A DNA stretch of 64,000 nt, from assembly GCF_006345805.1 (NCBI RefSeq), contig NC_043004.1, forward strand, positions 10,230,001 through 10,294,000, in the 5' to 3' direction. This document shows positions 1 to 13,026 of this stretch, in pieces (the first letter of the stretch is position 1; the number at the start of each line of letters is the position of its first letter). Under the pieces are notes generated by a model, which saw nothing but the letters and a program-made list of their open reading frames with translations, searched no databases and was not told the origin of the DNA. The DNA comes from Octopus sinensis (taxonomy: Eukaryota). A program made the position numbers and the translations under genes.

Positions 1-39
<39 letters not shown>

Positions 40-307
40 TATATAATTTAAAGAAGGCATAAAATGGAGAAATATGATGGACAACAACTGACTTACATCA
101 ATTAGTATTTATTAATTATTATTGATGTAAGTCAATTGTTGTTCATCCATATTTCTACATTCTTTAAATTTTGATGCTTGATGAACTCATGTTTATCCTT
201 GTCTTCATGTATAGTTTATGAGCATAATAAGCTTGCATATGTATGCCCACGGTTAAACATTGGTAATATACCGGTAGTGTAACGGATACTTCTATCTCTT
301 AGACGGC

Positions 308-329
<22 letters not shown>

Positions 330-352
<23 letters not shown>

Positions 353-445
353 TAATCCAAACAAGAAAAACAAAAAAAGACAACAACGCAAAAAGTGGAA
401 CAATTAAAGTGTTATTATTAGGCGCTCAGGAAAAAAGGGAAGAAT
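330..445 (-). repeat. Fragment of the PLE-type terminal repeat family also seen at 31.0, 44.4 and 59.1 kb (hammerhead part missing)
   Basis: Minus strand reads ...CCTGAGCGCCTAATAATAACAC..., matching the CTGAGCGCCATACTAATAC segment downstream of the motif at 59075; flanked by (TA)n. Confidence 0.4.
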
Positions 446-449
446 ATAT

Positions 450-496
<47 letters not shown>

Positions 497-500
497 CATA

Positions 501-860
501 CGAGCAAAACGCCCCCGTCCAATGGACGGTGCTGAGTTGTCAAACATTTAAACCAAATTTTCTCAAAACAACTTGTTCGACCGTTCCATAGGCCTCCTCT
601 TTGAGAAACACTGATTTAACCTAAATTTGAGACACCAGGCAAAGACGGATTTCGACTGATGTACTTGCGCTTACAAATGCACGTTCCCACGACTTTATCG
701 ATCGCATTCTCACCTGGAATCGATCTTTGTAATTTTTCAAGACTTATACACGCCCTGATTCCGTCGGTATCTACACATCAAATTTGAGCTCAATCGGATG
801 GAGGATGTCCAAGATCCTAGAAGACACACACTGAGACAGACAGAACGGATTTTATATAAT
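501..860 (-). mobile_element. Non-autonomous Helitron-like element
   Basis: Minus-strand 3' end has hairpin CCGTCC-AAT-GGACGG (515-529) about 13 nt from CTCG|T (CTAG-like). The 5' end runs into (TA)n followed by AAAATCCGTTCTGTCTGTC, typical of Helitron-N 5' ends. Confidence 0.6.
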
Positions 861-884
861 ATATATATATATATACATATATAT

Positions 885-1161
885 GTATAACAGCTTGCTC
901 GGAAAATTAACGTGCAAGTGGCTGAGCACTGCACAGATACGTGTACCCTTAACGTACTTCCCAGGGAGATTCAGTGTGACATAGAATATGACAGGACTGT
1001 CCCTTTGAAATAGGGGTACTACTCATTTTTGTCAGCTGAGTGAACAAGAGCAACTTGAAATAAAGTGTGTTGCTCAAGGACACAACGCGCCGCCAGAAAT
1101 CGAACTCGCAACCATATGATCGTGAGCCGAATGTCCTAACCACTAAGCCATACGCCTTCAC
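885..1161 (-). mobile_element. tRNA-derived SINE (CORE-like central box)
   Basis: Minus-strand head GAAGGCGTATGGCTTAGTGGTTAGG (A box) and GAGTTCGATTTC (B box), then TGTGTCCTTGAGCAACACACTTTA; tail shared with 13398-13580. Confidence 0.8.
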
Positions 1162-2307
1162 CCCCCCCCCAACCATACATAGCAGAGAAAACTGCGAAAT
1201 ATCAGAACCTAACCAAAATGATGTTGAGTTTGTGGAACATAAAGGTGAAGATTTTTCTTGTGGTAATTAGTGTTATCAGTATAAAACCGAAATTTACTAA
1301 GAGGCTGAAGGATATTGGAATTGGGATACGTATTTTTGGATCTGCAGAAAAGTGCCATTCATTACTCTGCAAGATTCCTAAGGAAGATACTTGAAATTTT
1401 AGGAAGACTATTGTTATCGAAACTCCAGATAATATCCCTGCTAATTTAATTAGCATGTGATAGCTTTTAATAATAACAGTAATAATAATCATAATAATGA
1501 TGATGATAATAATGATGATTATAATGATAATGATAATAATAATAGCAAAAACAACCGCAGTATGAGTGCAACAAAACAACAATAATAATACTTTCTTATA
1601 ATAATAATTATAATAATAGAAATTAATATGAAAATAATGAGGATGAATGTAATTTCTTTTGACTTGGTCCAAGACCACTGATATTTGAGTCATGATATTT
1701 TATTCAATAAAATGGAAAATTCAGACCTAACAATATAAACAACAGCAAGGTGAATAATAACAATAACAACAATAACAACAACAGCTCACTGCAAACAGGA
1801 ATGACAATATGATGTCTGGAAAAGATCATGGTGGACATCATTAATGAAACGGTGACTGAAGATCGATTTCTTCCCGAGACAGGGGAGGGAAACGAAGTAT
1901 ATGAATAATGGAGACGGTGGAGAGAGAGAAAGTAATTAAAATTCAGAGAAACTGTCAGATTAGCTTCGAATTTTTGACCCTGTAGAAAACCTTTGCTTGA
2001 GTTTATAGCAACGGAATAGTTCTGCTGATTCTCTTGTTGTTTAAAGCATAAAGATTAAGAGAAAAGAAAATGTTTAATTAAGAAAAATGGAAGGGAATTA
2101 AATTTTTAAAAAATTCATAGAATTAATAAAGGAAATTGAGAAAAAAAATTTAGTATTCGATTAAAAGAATTCTCTTCATTGTACCAGTACAAATGAAATA
2201 AAATAAAATAAAATAAAAATGAAATATAAAGAATATCAGTGAAAATATAATTGCTGCTAACGTTGTCGCGAGATGTAGAAGAAATCATGGACACCTGACA
2301 CATATAT

Positions 2308-2535
2308 ATTTCTTTACTACCCACAAGGGGCTAAACAGAGAGGGGACAAACAAGGAGAGACAAACGGGTTAAGTTGATAATATTGACCCCAGTGCGTAAC
2401 TGGTACTTAATTTATCGACCCCCGAAAGGATGAAAGGTAAAGTTGACCTCGGCGGAATTCGAACTCAGAACGTAACAGAAGGCGAAATACGGCTACGCAT
2501 TTCGCCCGGCGTGCTAACGTTTCTGCCAGCTCGCC
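2308..2535 (-). mobile_element. tRNA-derived SINE, most abundant family in the window (family A)
   Basis: Minus strand GGCGAGCTGGCAGAAACGTTAGC...GAGTTCGAATTCCGCCGAGGTC...; more than 15 related copies in the window. Confidence 0.85.
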
Positions 2536-2930
2536 TGACACAACGTGAACTTTCCAAGCTAAAGTATGCTTCGATATATGTTAACACGACTACACGCATA
2601 TGCAAATGTGTCGAACGCATACATGTGTACACGCATGTATGAAGACATGCGCATACATTTACACTCATGCACTTCGTTTCAGTCTTTATATATTTTCGTT
2701 TCTCCTCGATGTACATGTTTCCCTTTCATTTCTCATTCCGTTTGTCCATGTGACTTCTACACACATACACGCGCGCGGGCGTGGACGTATAACCCCCCCC
2801 ACACACACACACACACACACTCTCTCTTAAATGTCCAGCCTTTTGTTCTAGTTCTGATAATACAGATTATGGTGATACACAAAATAAAACTTCTACAACA
2901 CTCATAATTAGACAGAGATAAATATAACGA

Positions 2931-2956
<26 letters not shown>

Positions 2957-2961
<5 letters not shown>

Positions 2962-3233
2962 AATACATACATACAATAAGGGATGACCACTAAGTGGACA
3001 TTCAATATGCTAGAAGAAGTTCATCTACGATCCAACTACAAAGAAAAGAATGTTCTCTAGAGAAATTCAGCAAACACCAGAACATCTGTCTTATCCGCTT
3101 TTGTTCTGGTGTTTGCTGAATTTCTCTAGAGAACATTCTTTTCTTTGTAGTTGGATCGTAGGTGAACTTCTTCTAGCATAATGGATGTCCACTTAGTGGT
3201 CATCTCTTATTATACAATTATATGTATTACAAT
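2957..3233. repeat. Near-perfect fold-back inverted repeat (~128-bp arms, 17-bp loop)
   Basis: 2957-3084 is the reverse complement of 3102-3233 with few mismatches. Confidence 0.95.
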
Positions 3234-3368
3234 TTTTCTGAATTTTCAGCTTTTTCTATATGCTAGGCTACTGGTTTTAAATAGATGTTAATTAAATTAA
3301 TATTCAATTTATCACCCTCATTATTTAAATTATATATATATATATATACACACACACACATATACATA

Positions 3369-4272
3369 CAGGCTGCGATGGGTAAATTGTCGCCATTTTA
3401 TATTTTCAATTTCGCGCATGCGCAATGTTTGGTCTTGATTGTGTCTACTACACAGTATAGTAGGGTCAGCTGGGTACCGTCTGTAAGAAAAGCAGCTCCA
3501 TGACGCAATTCGCTCTGTCAGGGATTTGGAAACGACATGCTGTAGTGCTTGGCATTCTTACCGGAAGTTCCAATACGCACATTTCAGAGTATTTGGGTAT
3601 CAATCTGATGACATGTACTGAGAGTGATGAAAATCAAACATCCAGTCAATATCATAGTGTTTGGAGTGATCACTAGTGATGGCGACGTTTTGCCTCCATT
3701 CATCTTCCCACACAGCCTCAGACTCAAAAATGAGGCTTACATCATGTGCCTGGACAAGATAGAGTTGCCCTGTGTCAAGAAGATGGCTGCTGGAAGACCC
3801 TATGTCTGGCAACAGGACTCTGCACTATGCCACATAAGCAGGAGAACCCAATCATGGCTGTCAGACAATTTCTGCGACCACATCACCCCTGACATCTGGC
3901 CACCTAATTCCCCCGACTGCAACCCACTTGATTATATGTGAGGCACACTTGAGCAAGAGGGCAGCAAAATTCCTTGTAACACCAAAGATGAACTGAATGC
4001 AAGGATTATGGTAGCATTCACCTACTTAAACAAGGAGACTGCCCAGAATTCACCAACTTAAAGAAGGAGACCGTCAGAAGTCGTCTGGAGGTCGTGGTTT
4101 GAAGCCAATGACGATTTCATTCAATAATTTTACACTTATTTATAATAGATTTACTCTTTAGTATTTCAAGATATCTTGTATGCAATTTTGGTAAATATAT
4201 CTGTTAAAATGAGGTATCAGTGTTATTTTCATTTTTGTGTAGTTTAGACAACAGTTAATTCACTGTACCCTG
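3369..4272 (+). mobile_element. Internally deleted Tc1/mariner-superfamily transposon, maT (DD37D) type
   Basis: ORF 3624-3941 contains WQQDSA...WPPNSPDCNPLDY with 37 residues between the two Asp; degenerate TIRs CAGGCTGCGATGGGTAAATTGTC / GACAAC...TACCCTG. Confidence 0.85.
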
Positions 4273-5554
4273 TGTGTGTGTGTGTGTGTGTGTGTGTGGT
4301 ATAAATCTGTTACCTATGTACGCACGTACGTACCTGCATACATACATACCTACATGCATACATACTACACACATACGTTCATACGTACTTACATGCATAC
4401 ATACACACAAAGAAGGTTTGCAGACCATTCCAAAGAATCTCCATATATGACATGCACGCAAATACATAAAGCGTTCTTGCACACACTCATATACTAAAGA
4501 GACACGTACATTTATTACATTAGTGCAAGTATATCTACACATTCATCTATATATATATATATGTACATAATCACACACCTACACGTATTCACAAATCTCT
4601 GGAATTACCTTGACTCGAACACAAAGAGGTGTGACTTTGTTATTGACTGGATCGAAATCTATGAGAACGTTAAATATATCACAACAAAAGAAATACATTC
4701 ATACGTACATTGAAGGAACATTTTTCAATCAAGGAATATAAAGTAACTTACCTGATGCATGAAAAGGACGAGGGAGCCGGCAAATCACCTAAATGCGATA
4801 ATAAATGTAGGCAATATGGACTTAACACCGAAGATATGAACAACAATGTTCTGATTGTTGTATTTACATACGAAATATATAGTGTCGTGGCCAAAACAGT
4901 CTATAATTTAATTGCAGGGAAAAAGAACCAGCAGCTGTTTCACTAGCGTTTGAAGATATAAAACTAAAAGAATAATCGGGTTGATTAATGAAACTGAGTG
5001 ATGGCATGAAATAGAAGTTAATACAGGTCCCTCTGCAAGGAATGTTGGAACATTTTATACAACACTACATCAAAATTTTAAAAAAAGATTAGATAACCGA
5101 GAAGATTATACTTGTGTAATTTAAAAGAAAACTACCTGACGATATAGGGAATAACTTATTTAAGCCCTTCGCTCTTTATAAAGCATAGGATATTGGCGAC
5201 TGCTGTTATCGCCCCTGGGAGGCCTTTTCCGCTTCTCCCATGTTCTGCTGGTTTTTTAATTGTTATCAATGCTTCTGTAACATTTTGTCTTGTAGGAGTT
5301 GTTGGCCGAACGAAAGCACACTTAGAGGTGATCTGTCTTAATCGTTTGACTTGTTCAGCATGGGAGGCCCCACTCAGGGTTTGCGCTCGGCTAGCAGAGC
5401 TTGTATGGTCAATACACTGCCAGAAGGGCTGAACATAGGTGGTGGATACAAGAAATAAACTACATCAAAAACCTAAAATGGTTTTAATACGTTTATAACA
5501 TTAACTCTACGAGGTAGCATCGGATGACAAAAGTGTAAGCTATACAAAACCAAA

Positions 5555-5975
5555 TTACTGGCACAAGGCCAGCAAGTTCTGAGGAGAGGTAAGTCGATTA
5601 CATCGAATCCGGTGCACGACTGGTACTTATTTTATCAATCCTGAAAGGGAAGAAGAGTAAAGTCGACCTCGGCGGAATTTAAGCTCAGAACGTAAAGACG
5701 GACGAAATGCCGCTAAGCATTTTACTCAGCATGCTAGCGATTCTTATTTCTTTATTGCCCACAAAGGGCTACACACAGAGGAGACAAACAAGGACAGATA
5801 AACAGATTAAGTGGATTATATCGACTACTGTGCGTAGCTGGTACTTATTTAATCGACTCCGAAAGGCTGAAAGGCAAAGTCGAACTCGGCGAGATTTGAA
5901 TTCAGAACGTAGCGGCAGACGAAATATCGCTAAGCATTTCGCCCGGCACGCTAACGTTTCTGCCAGCTCGCCGCC
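5555..5975 (-). mobile_element. Two tandem family-A SINE copies
   Basis: Repeats the GTCGACCTCGGCGGAATTT...CAGAACGTA...CTGCCAGCTCGCCGCC consensus twice. Confidence 0.8.
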
Positions 5976-6236
5976 TTGACCAAAGCAGAAGATATTAACG
6001 ACAATATAGGCAACTATGACAACGATGACACTACTTTCCCTTAAGATATGACGTGGTAGAAGGAACAATCTGCAATTATAATCTTGAAGAAATTGAGAGT
6101 CCATTGGTACAAAAGCTCCAGGTATATCACTGGCGAAAACAGTTTGTGGGGATTACGAAGAGTAACAGATAGTACGACGAAGAATGAAGGTGTGTTAAAT
6201 CCATTCTTCGTCTTTTCCCTTGTCTTTTATATATGT

Positions 6237-6530
6237 GAAGGCGCATGACAGAGTAGTTAGGGTGTTGCACTCTTGATTGCGAGATCGTGGTTTCGATTCC
6301 CAGAGCAGGCGTTGCGATGTGTTCTTAAGCAAAGCACTGCATTTCACGTTGCTCTGCGATCATTTCACATGTGGCACCCGTTGCACCTGTACAGGTAATG
6401 TCGATTTGATGGAGGGAGTGAGCTTATGTATACACAAACATTTGATCACTATAAACAGATCATCTCTGTGGTTGATCGGTAAGAAATTGTCGAACCCTCA
6501 TATGTCATCTAACGACGGGAGAGTTCGTCA
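6237..6530 (+). mobile_element. tRNA-derived SINE (family C)
   Basis: GAAGGCGCATG head, GGTTTCGATTCCC B box, GTGTTCTTAAGCAAAGCAC box; colinear with 49084-49355. Confidence 0.8.
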
Positions 6531-7269
6531 TATATATATATATATATGTAAGTATGTATGTATGTATGTATGTATGTATGTATGTATGTATGTATGTGTG
6601 TGCATGCATATATACATATATACACACACATATACATACATACATATATATATACATACACACACGCGCGCGCACACACACTCACTCGCATGCATATACA
6701 CACACACACACATTTTGGTCCCCATACATTACATGAATGTCATATAAATACTATGAACACACGATTGTGGCCATCATGGAAGTATGCACTGCAGGGAGAT
6801 AAAATATATGAAAACATTGTTCATTTACAATAAAAGAGCGAATTTGTAACGCTACAAAAGTAGGAAATAATGGATTACAACCACTGAACTTTTCCCAGGA
6901 ATCGAAACTGAACTAATACCAACGAAATAAATCAGGAACTCCCCAATTCCGTCCATATTTGACTTTCGACAATTCTTGTAGATGTTCAATAACTCAGGCT
7001 GAGTTTTCAATTATCCTTTGTTAGATTACTCATGGTCAGTCCAGGTGTCGTTTGCTTGAATTATAGTGACAAGGGCTAATAATATTGTTTGAAGGAAGTG
7101 ACGGTGTCATGTTTTCTGTCTTTTTTTTTTGTTTCATTATTATCTATAATCTTATAGCTTTTATATCTAATCTTCGACCATGAAATAGAGATGTCTGTTA
7201 CCATAACGACAGCCAATAACCGCTATAACAACTCTTTAAGTCAACAGTCCTAGCTCCACGCTACTAGGA

Positions 7270-8290
7270 AGGACTACCATCATTACCACCACCGTCGCCA
7301 TCGTCGCCACCGTCGCCACCATCACCACCGTCGTCATCCCACCACGACTGTCACCACTACTTACACCACCATCAAAACCACCACTACTACTACTACCACC
7401 ACCACCACTACCACCACCACCACCATTATCACTGCCACCACCATCATCTTCACCGCCGCCGCCACGACTTCATCCATCACCACTACCATCATCGCCGCCG
7501 CCATCACCATCACCACCGTCACGACAACGACGACGACGGCGACCACCACCACCACGATGATCTTCATCACGACGATAACGACGACCAACACCACCGCCTG
7601 CCTCCACCCTGCTTCCACCACTGTTATTACTAACATCATCATCATAATCGTAAACGCATTCTTCACCATTATCAATTTACCCCCATCTTGCTCCACCACA
7701 ACCACCACCGCCACCTAAATCATGACAATCAGGTCGCCCCTCCCCCATATACACTACTTTCACCAATTCTAAAACCTTCACTAAACATAACATTAACATA
7801 ACCAACATCACAACGAACCAGAAGAAGAGCTCTACTTAATCACTCGCACTGCTAGAAATAACAGCCAGATCTCCCTCGTACCAAATTATACAAACCTAAA
7901 AAGACGGCGATACAATGGATAAGGTGACGCTGGCTACATTATGTTTCGTATTAAAGATGAGGTGGTCACGGGTAGAAAGCTTGTGACCAAAGATCTGCTC
8001 AGCAAAGGCAGACAACAGCCGCCATTATAGAAATCGTTGTCAACAGCCGCCATTATGGAAATCGTTGTCATCACCATCACCACCACCGCAACCACTACTA
8101 CCACCATCACCACCAACACCACCACGACCATCACCACCATTGCAGCTGCCGCTCGTCACTGCCCCCACCCCCGCCAATGCCACCGCCAGAAATCACAACA
8201 AACACTAGAACCTTCACCACAACAACCACAACTGCACGCATAACAACAAATCAACTCCACTGCGACGACCATCAAACACCCCAGCACCAT
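7270..8290. repeat. Degenerate (CAC/CAT/ACC)n low-complexity tracts
   Basis: Trinucleotide runs that produce poly-V/poly-T pseudo-ORFs. Confidence 0.85.
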
Positions 8291-8616
8291 CATCGAATCC
8301 ATACCATTCGTTCGGCATCTATTGTAATCTGTCCTTCAGTCTGCCTTGTGTTGTTGCTGTTGTCGCCGAAGTTGTTATTGTTGTTTTTGTTTTTGATCTT
8401 ATCGGAGATGGCTTTCTCTGTGATAGCAAATTGTTGGCAACGCTATGTCAAAGGTCACGTCTGCCAAAACAGAAATTTGATAACTCATATACTATCTGAT
8501 TGCAATAAATCAATCATTTGATTATCTTGTGATAGAAGAAAAAGTCTGTATACATATGTATGTATGTATGTATATATATTATATATATATATATATATGT
8601 TTATATGCTAATATAT

Positions 8617-8648
<32 letters not shown>

Positions 8649-8672
8649 GATTATGTATATATATATAATCAT

Positions 8673-8710
<38 letters not shown>

Positions 8711-9102
8711 GGTTTACAATATCAACATGGATTGATCTCGGTTTAAGTTTTGTTTTATGTTTTATGTTTGCATTCTGATATTCACGTTTCGTTTTAGATT
8801 ATGATTTGAAAGTGCTGCCCTCTTGGACCATGATATGACAGGTCCTATAACAGATTTTGACGTTACTTCTTATCACAATACTTAATAAGGAAGTACGATT
8901 TGTATGACTTACAAATCTACAAAAATATTCAAGGCGCAATATAATATTTTTTAGGGAGTAAAAAAAAATCCCATGCAAACAAAATATGAAATACAGGTTC
9001 GATTCCCGAGTGATCATAAATCGCTTTAAATACTCAAGCTATCTGCGTTTTCAGGTTTGAATTTGTTGTCCTAGGTCCAGGTTAAACTTAACATTTTCAG
9101 TA

Positions 9103-9137
9103 CAGTAATCCCTCGACTATCGCGGGTGTTACGTTCC
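9103..9137 (+). mobile_element. Solo Tigger/pogo-like terminal inverted repeat fragment
   Basis: TA|CAGTAATCCCTCGACTATCGCGGG resembles the TIRs at 14379, 14936 and 27960; no partner found. Confidence 0.45.
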
Positions 9138-9437
9138 CATGGAATTGCTCCTTTAGTGAGAAGAAATAATCTTCTACTAGTCTTTCACTATAATATTTAA
9201 ACAATTTGTTTTATTATTCCTGTATGTAACTATCAGGGTTCCCATCAAATGCCTGATGCTATGGTATTTTATGATATATTTTATGGTGGATGTCTGTAAA
9301 AATCTCTTTTCTATAATGACACAGTCTCCTCTATGTAAACACTCAATTTCAGACATGTCTACATGTATATTCTGCACGAACCAAAACTGGATGTTGGTGT
9401 GTATGCATCTCTCTCTATATATATAAATATATGCGCA

Positions 9438-9492
<55 letters not shown>

Positions 9493-9707
9493 GGACAAAA
9501 ACACTCTCACACACATGCATGTATCTATGTATGTATGTATGTATGTATGTATGTATGTATGCATGTATGAATGTATATACGTGTGTATGTGTGTGTGTAA
9601 TATATATATGAGTTCAGCAAAATTTAGATTCAGATGAATATGGTACTTAAGTTAAAGGCACCAGAATGAAGATTGCTTCACATTTTAAAACTGATGTAAT
9701 ACTTACA

Positions 9708-9730
9708 TCTCTCTCTATATAAAACTGAGA

Positions 9731-9771
<41 letters not shown>

Positions 9772-11888
9772 TGTCTGTCTGTCTGTATGTATGTGTGTTT
9801 CCCTAAAACTTGAGAACTACACAACCAATTTCATTCAAATTTTACACATGGCTTACTTAAGGTCCGGGGAGTGTCATCGGCAAAAAATCTTAACTTTTTC
9901 CCTAGGGCGACCCCACAGCAATATCATATTTTCTCCACTATTTCAGTATTACGTGTTAAAAGTGAAACAAAAACAGCTCTCTTTTGTAATGCAGACATTC
10001 ACTTTAATACTGAAACTATTAAAGTGAAAGTATTATATAACAAGGATGAACCATTAACAATGGTCATCCATTTTGCTAGAAGAAGATCCGCTATTGTCTT
10101 ATATGCTACACCACTGGTTTTCAGTTCATATTAATCAAATTAATATTCTATTTTTCACTCTTATAATATGTGTGTGTATTAGCAATTCGTATAAAATTGC
10201 ATCAATGACTTGAACTTGAATAAGTGGTTTCACATAAATGGGAATAAATTAAAAAGGTTTGTTGTTATTATTATTACTGTTTGACTATTGTAATCATGTT
10301 TGTTGGTTCCTCGTCAGGGAAACGTTGTTGTGTTGCATTTGTTAAATAATTGTAAACCGTAACCCTCCCCCTTTCGGAGAAGGGGCTTTGGTTATTGTTT
10401 ATAAATTGAATTGTGTCCCTGTTTGGGGAAATTGACAGTATTTTCAAAGAACTATACGAAATAGTTAAAGCAAATATGGTACATGGTCCATGTGGGCGTG
10501 GATTCAACATAAACTCACCATGCTTGAAGGACAGTATATGTTCAAAAAGATTTCCCAGGAGGTTCCTACAAGAAACTCAGACAGGTGCTGATGGGTATCC
10601 ATCATACAGACGCAGAAAACCAGAAGACGGAAGTTTCACAGCAACTATCGGACAGCACGATATTGATAATAGATGGATTGTTCCGTACTGGCCACTCCTG
10701 TCAAAGACTTTCAATGCCCACATCAACGTTGAGTTTTGCAACTCCGTTAAATCCATCAAGTACATTTGCAAATATGTAAACAAGGGTTCTGACGCTGCAA
10801 TGTTTGGATTTCAACAAGAATACTGCCAGGATGAGGTGACGCATTATCAGGTGGGACGGTACATAAGTAGCAACGAGGCTTTCTGGAGCATCTTTGGATT
10901 TCCAATTCACCAACAGCTTGCAGTGCACCTGGAAAATGGTCAAAGAGTGTAATTCACCGATGCTAATGCTTCTCTGTTGGCAGAGGAACCAAGGGATAGC
11001 ACACTCACTGCATTCTTCAAGCTTTGTCAAGTGGATCCATTCGCTCAAACCTTGCTGTATCCACAGATTCCATCGTACTACACTTGGAATGGAAAAAAAT
11101 GGGGACCACGGAAAGCAGGTCAAAATGTTCATGGATACCCTGGCATTAAGTTTCACACTTGGGCGAGTATACATAGTGCATCCCACTCAACAAGGGTGCT
11201 TCTACCTTCGTCTACTACTGCATGAGGTCAGAGGGCCAACGTCTTTCCAGGCCCTAAAAACCGTTCATGGACATGTCTGTACAACATACAGAGAAGCCTG
11301 TTATCGACAAGGTCTGTTAGAAGATGGTGCACAATGGGATGCAACTTTAGGAGAGGCTGCTTTATCACAATCACCTAAAAGTCTCAGGGCACTATTTGCA
11401 GTATTATTACAGGCATGCGAACTGTGTGATCCGGCCACTCTATGGCTCAAATATAGAGACAACCTAGCTGAAGACTTTCAGCGCCAAGCTCAACTGCTCT
11501 ATCCTGACATGGAGGGTATCAGCAATGAAATCTATAACAAAACACTCATTGACATTGAAGACAGAATTGCTAAACTGGGTGGAAAAGAACTGTCGACATA
11601 TGGCCTGCCACAAGCATTCAGGTCAGGGTCAAATAGCCTTCCCACTGCTGTCATTCGTGAAACAACCTACGACACTCAAGCGCTTTCAAAGTACATTGTT
11701 GAAAATGAGCCTAAATTACTTGCGGACCAGCTGCAGGCCTACAGAAATATTCTTAACAGTGTACGCCAACGCGAGGGACGAATCTTCTTCCTCGATGCTC
11801 CTGGAGGGACAGGAAAAACATTTATTACAAAGCTTCTCCTTGCAGAAGTTAGGCAGCATCAGGACATTGCAGTAGCTGTAGCCTCCTC
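9708..11888 (+). mobile_element. Helitron (autonomous-derived, 3'-truncated)
   Basis: A|TC 5' end (TCTCTCTCTATATAAAAACTGAG) followed by (GT)n/(CTGT)n, then Rep/helicase coding remnants. Confidence 0.85.
10413..11888 (+). pseudogene. Helitron RepHel (Rep C-terminal region to Pif1 helicase motif I/Ia), frameshifted
   Basis: MVHGPCG, RFPRRF, YPSYRRR, IDNRWIVPY, HINVEFC, KYICKYVNKG, YLRLLL..VRGPTSF, FFLDAPGGTGKTF, AVAVASS spread over three frames. Confidence 0.95.
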
Positions 11889-12358
11889 TATAAAAAGCAA
11901 ATTTAGATTGTAAGCAGACTTCCAAAGTTCTCTAATGATGCACAGTTTTATAAAAGGTTTTAAAAAAGCTTGTTAGCTTCACAGAAAAGGTTGTGTAGGT
12001 TGTGTACTTACACCTCTCTCCTCTCAGTTGTCCCATAATGCCCTATTTGGGCGGTTTTTCTGCTATACTAAATTCTTTTAGCCATTATGATTCCAGCATA
12101 GTAGTTTTGTGAAATGAACAGAAGTGTGATCGGCATCTTCTCATATATCAGGAAATTATACCCACTTTATTATGGATAAATTCATCGTCTCTGAGTATGA
12201 AATATCTCCTCATATCTCCGGAAATTACACCTACATTATTATGGATGGATTTATCTTTTCTGTGAAGCTAACAAGCTTTTTTAAAACCTTTTATAAAACT
12301 GTGCATCATTAAAGAACTTTGGAAGTCTGCTTACAATCTAAATTTGCTTTTTATAGAG
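11886..12358. repeat. Inverted repeat, ~104-bp arms, 265-bp spacer
   Basis: 11886-11989 versus 12255-12358 reverse complement; one mismatch seen. Confidence 0.95.
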
Positions 12359-12661
12359 CTCTCTTCGATACTTCATGAGTGTAGCCTCACCCTCCCAGGA
12401 TGTTTGGAAAACTCATATGTGTTTTGGCTGATGAGTACGGGACAGTTGTATTTGCTGCAATATTTGCAGCTTTTAATAAAGTTGTTCTTCGTATGAAACA
12501 ATTGTACTGAAAGGCTAATCCATTCTTGTTGCTTTTTTCTCTTGTTTATAATCACCCCACATTATTTTATGGTTAATACCATATAGATTTCTGTTGCATC
12601 TAAGTTAAGTACCGCATTCATGTGAATTAATTGGAACTCACTTGAATCTTAATTGCTTTAC

Positions 12662-12706
<45 letters not shown>

Positions 12707-12719
12707 CTATATATATATA

Positions 12720-12763
<44 letters not shown>

Positions 12764-12768
12764 GTGTG

Positions 12769-12806
<38 letters not shown>

Positions 12807-12883
12807 ATGAGAATGAGTAAATATTGAAAAATAAATATCCAAAATAAATATTCGTAAAGATATTTTTATGATATTTATTATTA

Positions 12884-12924
<41 letters not shown>

Positions 12925-13026
12925 TATCATCATCATCATCATCACCAGGGGCAAATCTAGATCATTAATAATATCAATAACAATAGTGGCAGCAAGCGAT
13001 ATTAGTATTAAACAGCTATACAATGA

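Noticed and set aside
3604-3640. CTGATGA hammerhead core hit
   Set aside because: Inside transposase coding sequence, with no correctly placed helix II, GAAA or NUH; similar rejections at 12428, 25805, 28318 and 34960.
4600-5150. Possible old LINE RT remnant
   Set aside because: No diagnostic motif could be read with confidence.
11990-12560. Possible decayed piggyBac-like coding patches on the minus strand
   Set aside because: Only vague short similarities (RRYEEIF, EKP.K.G) with many stops; needs a profile search.
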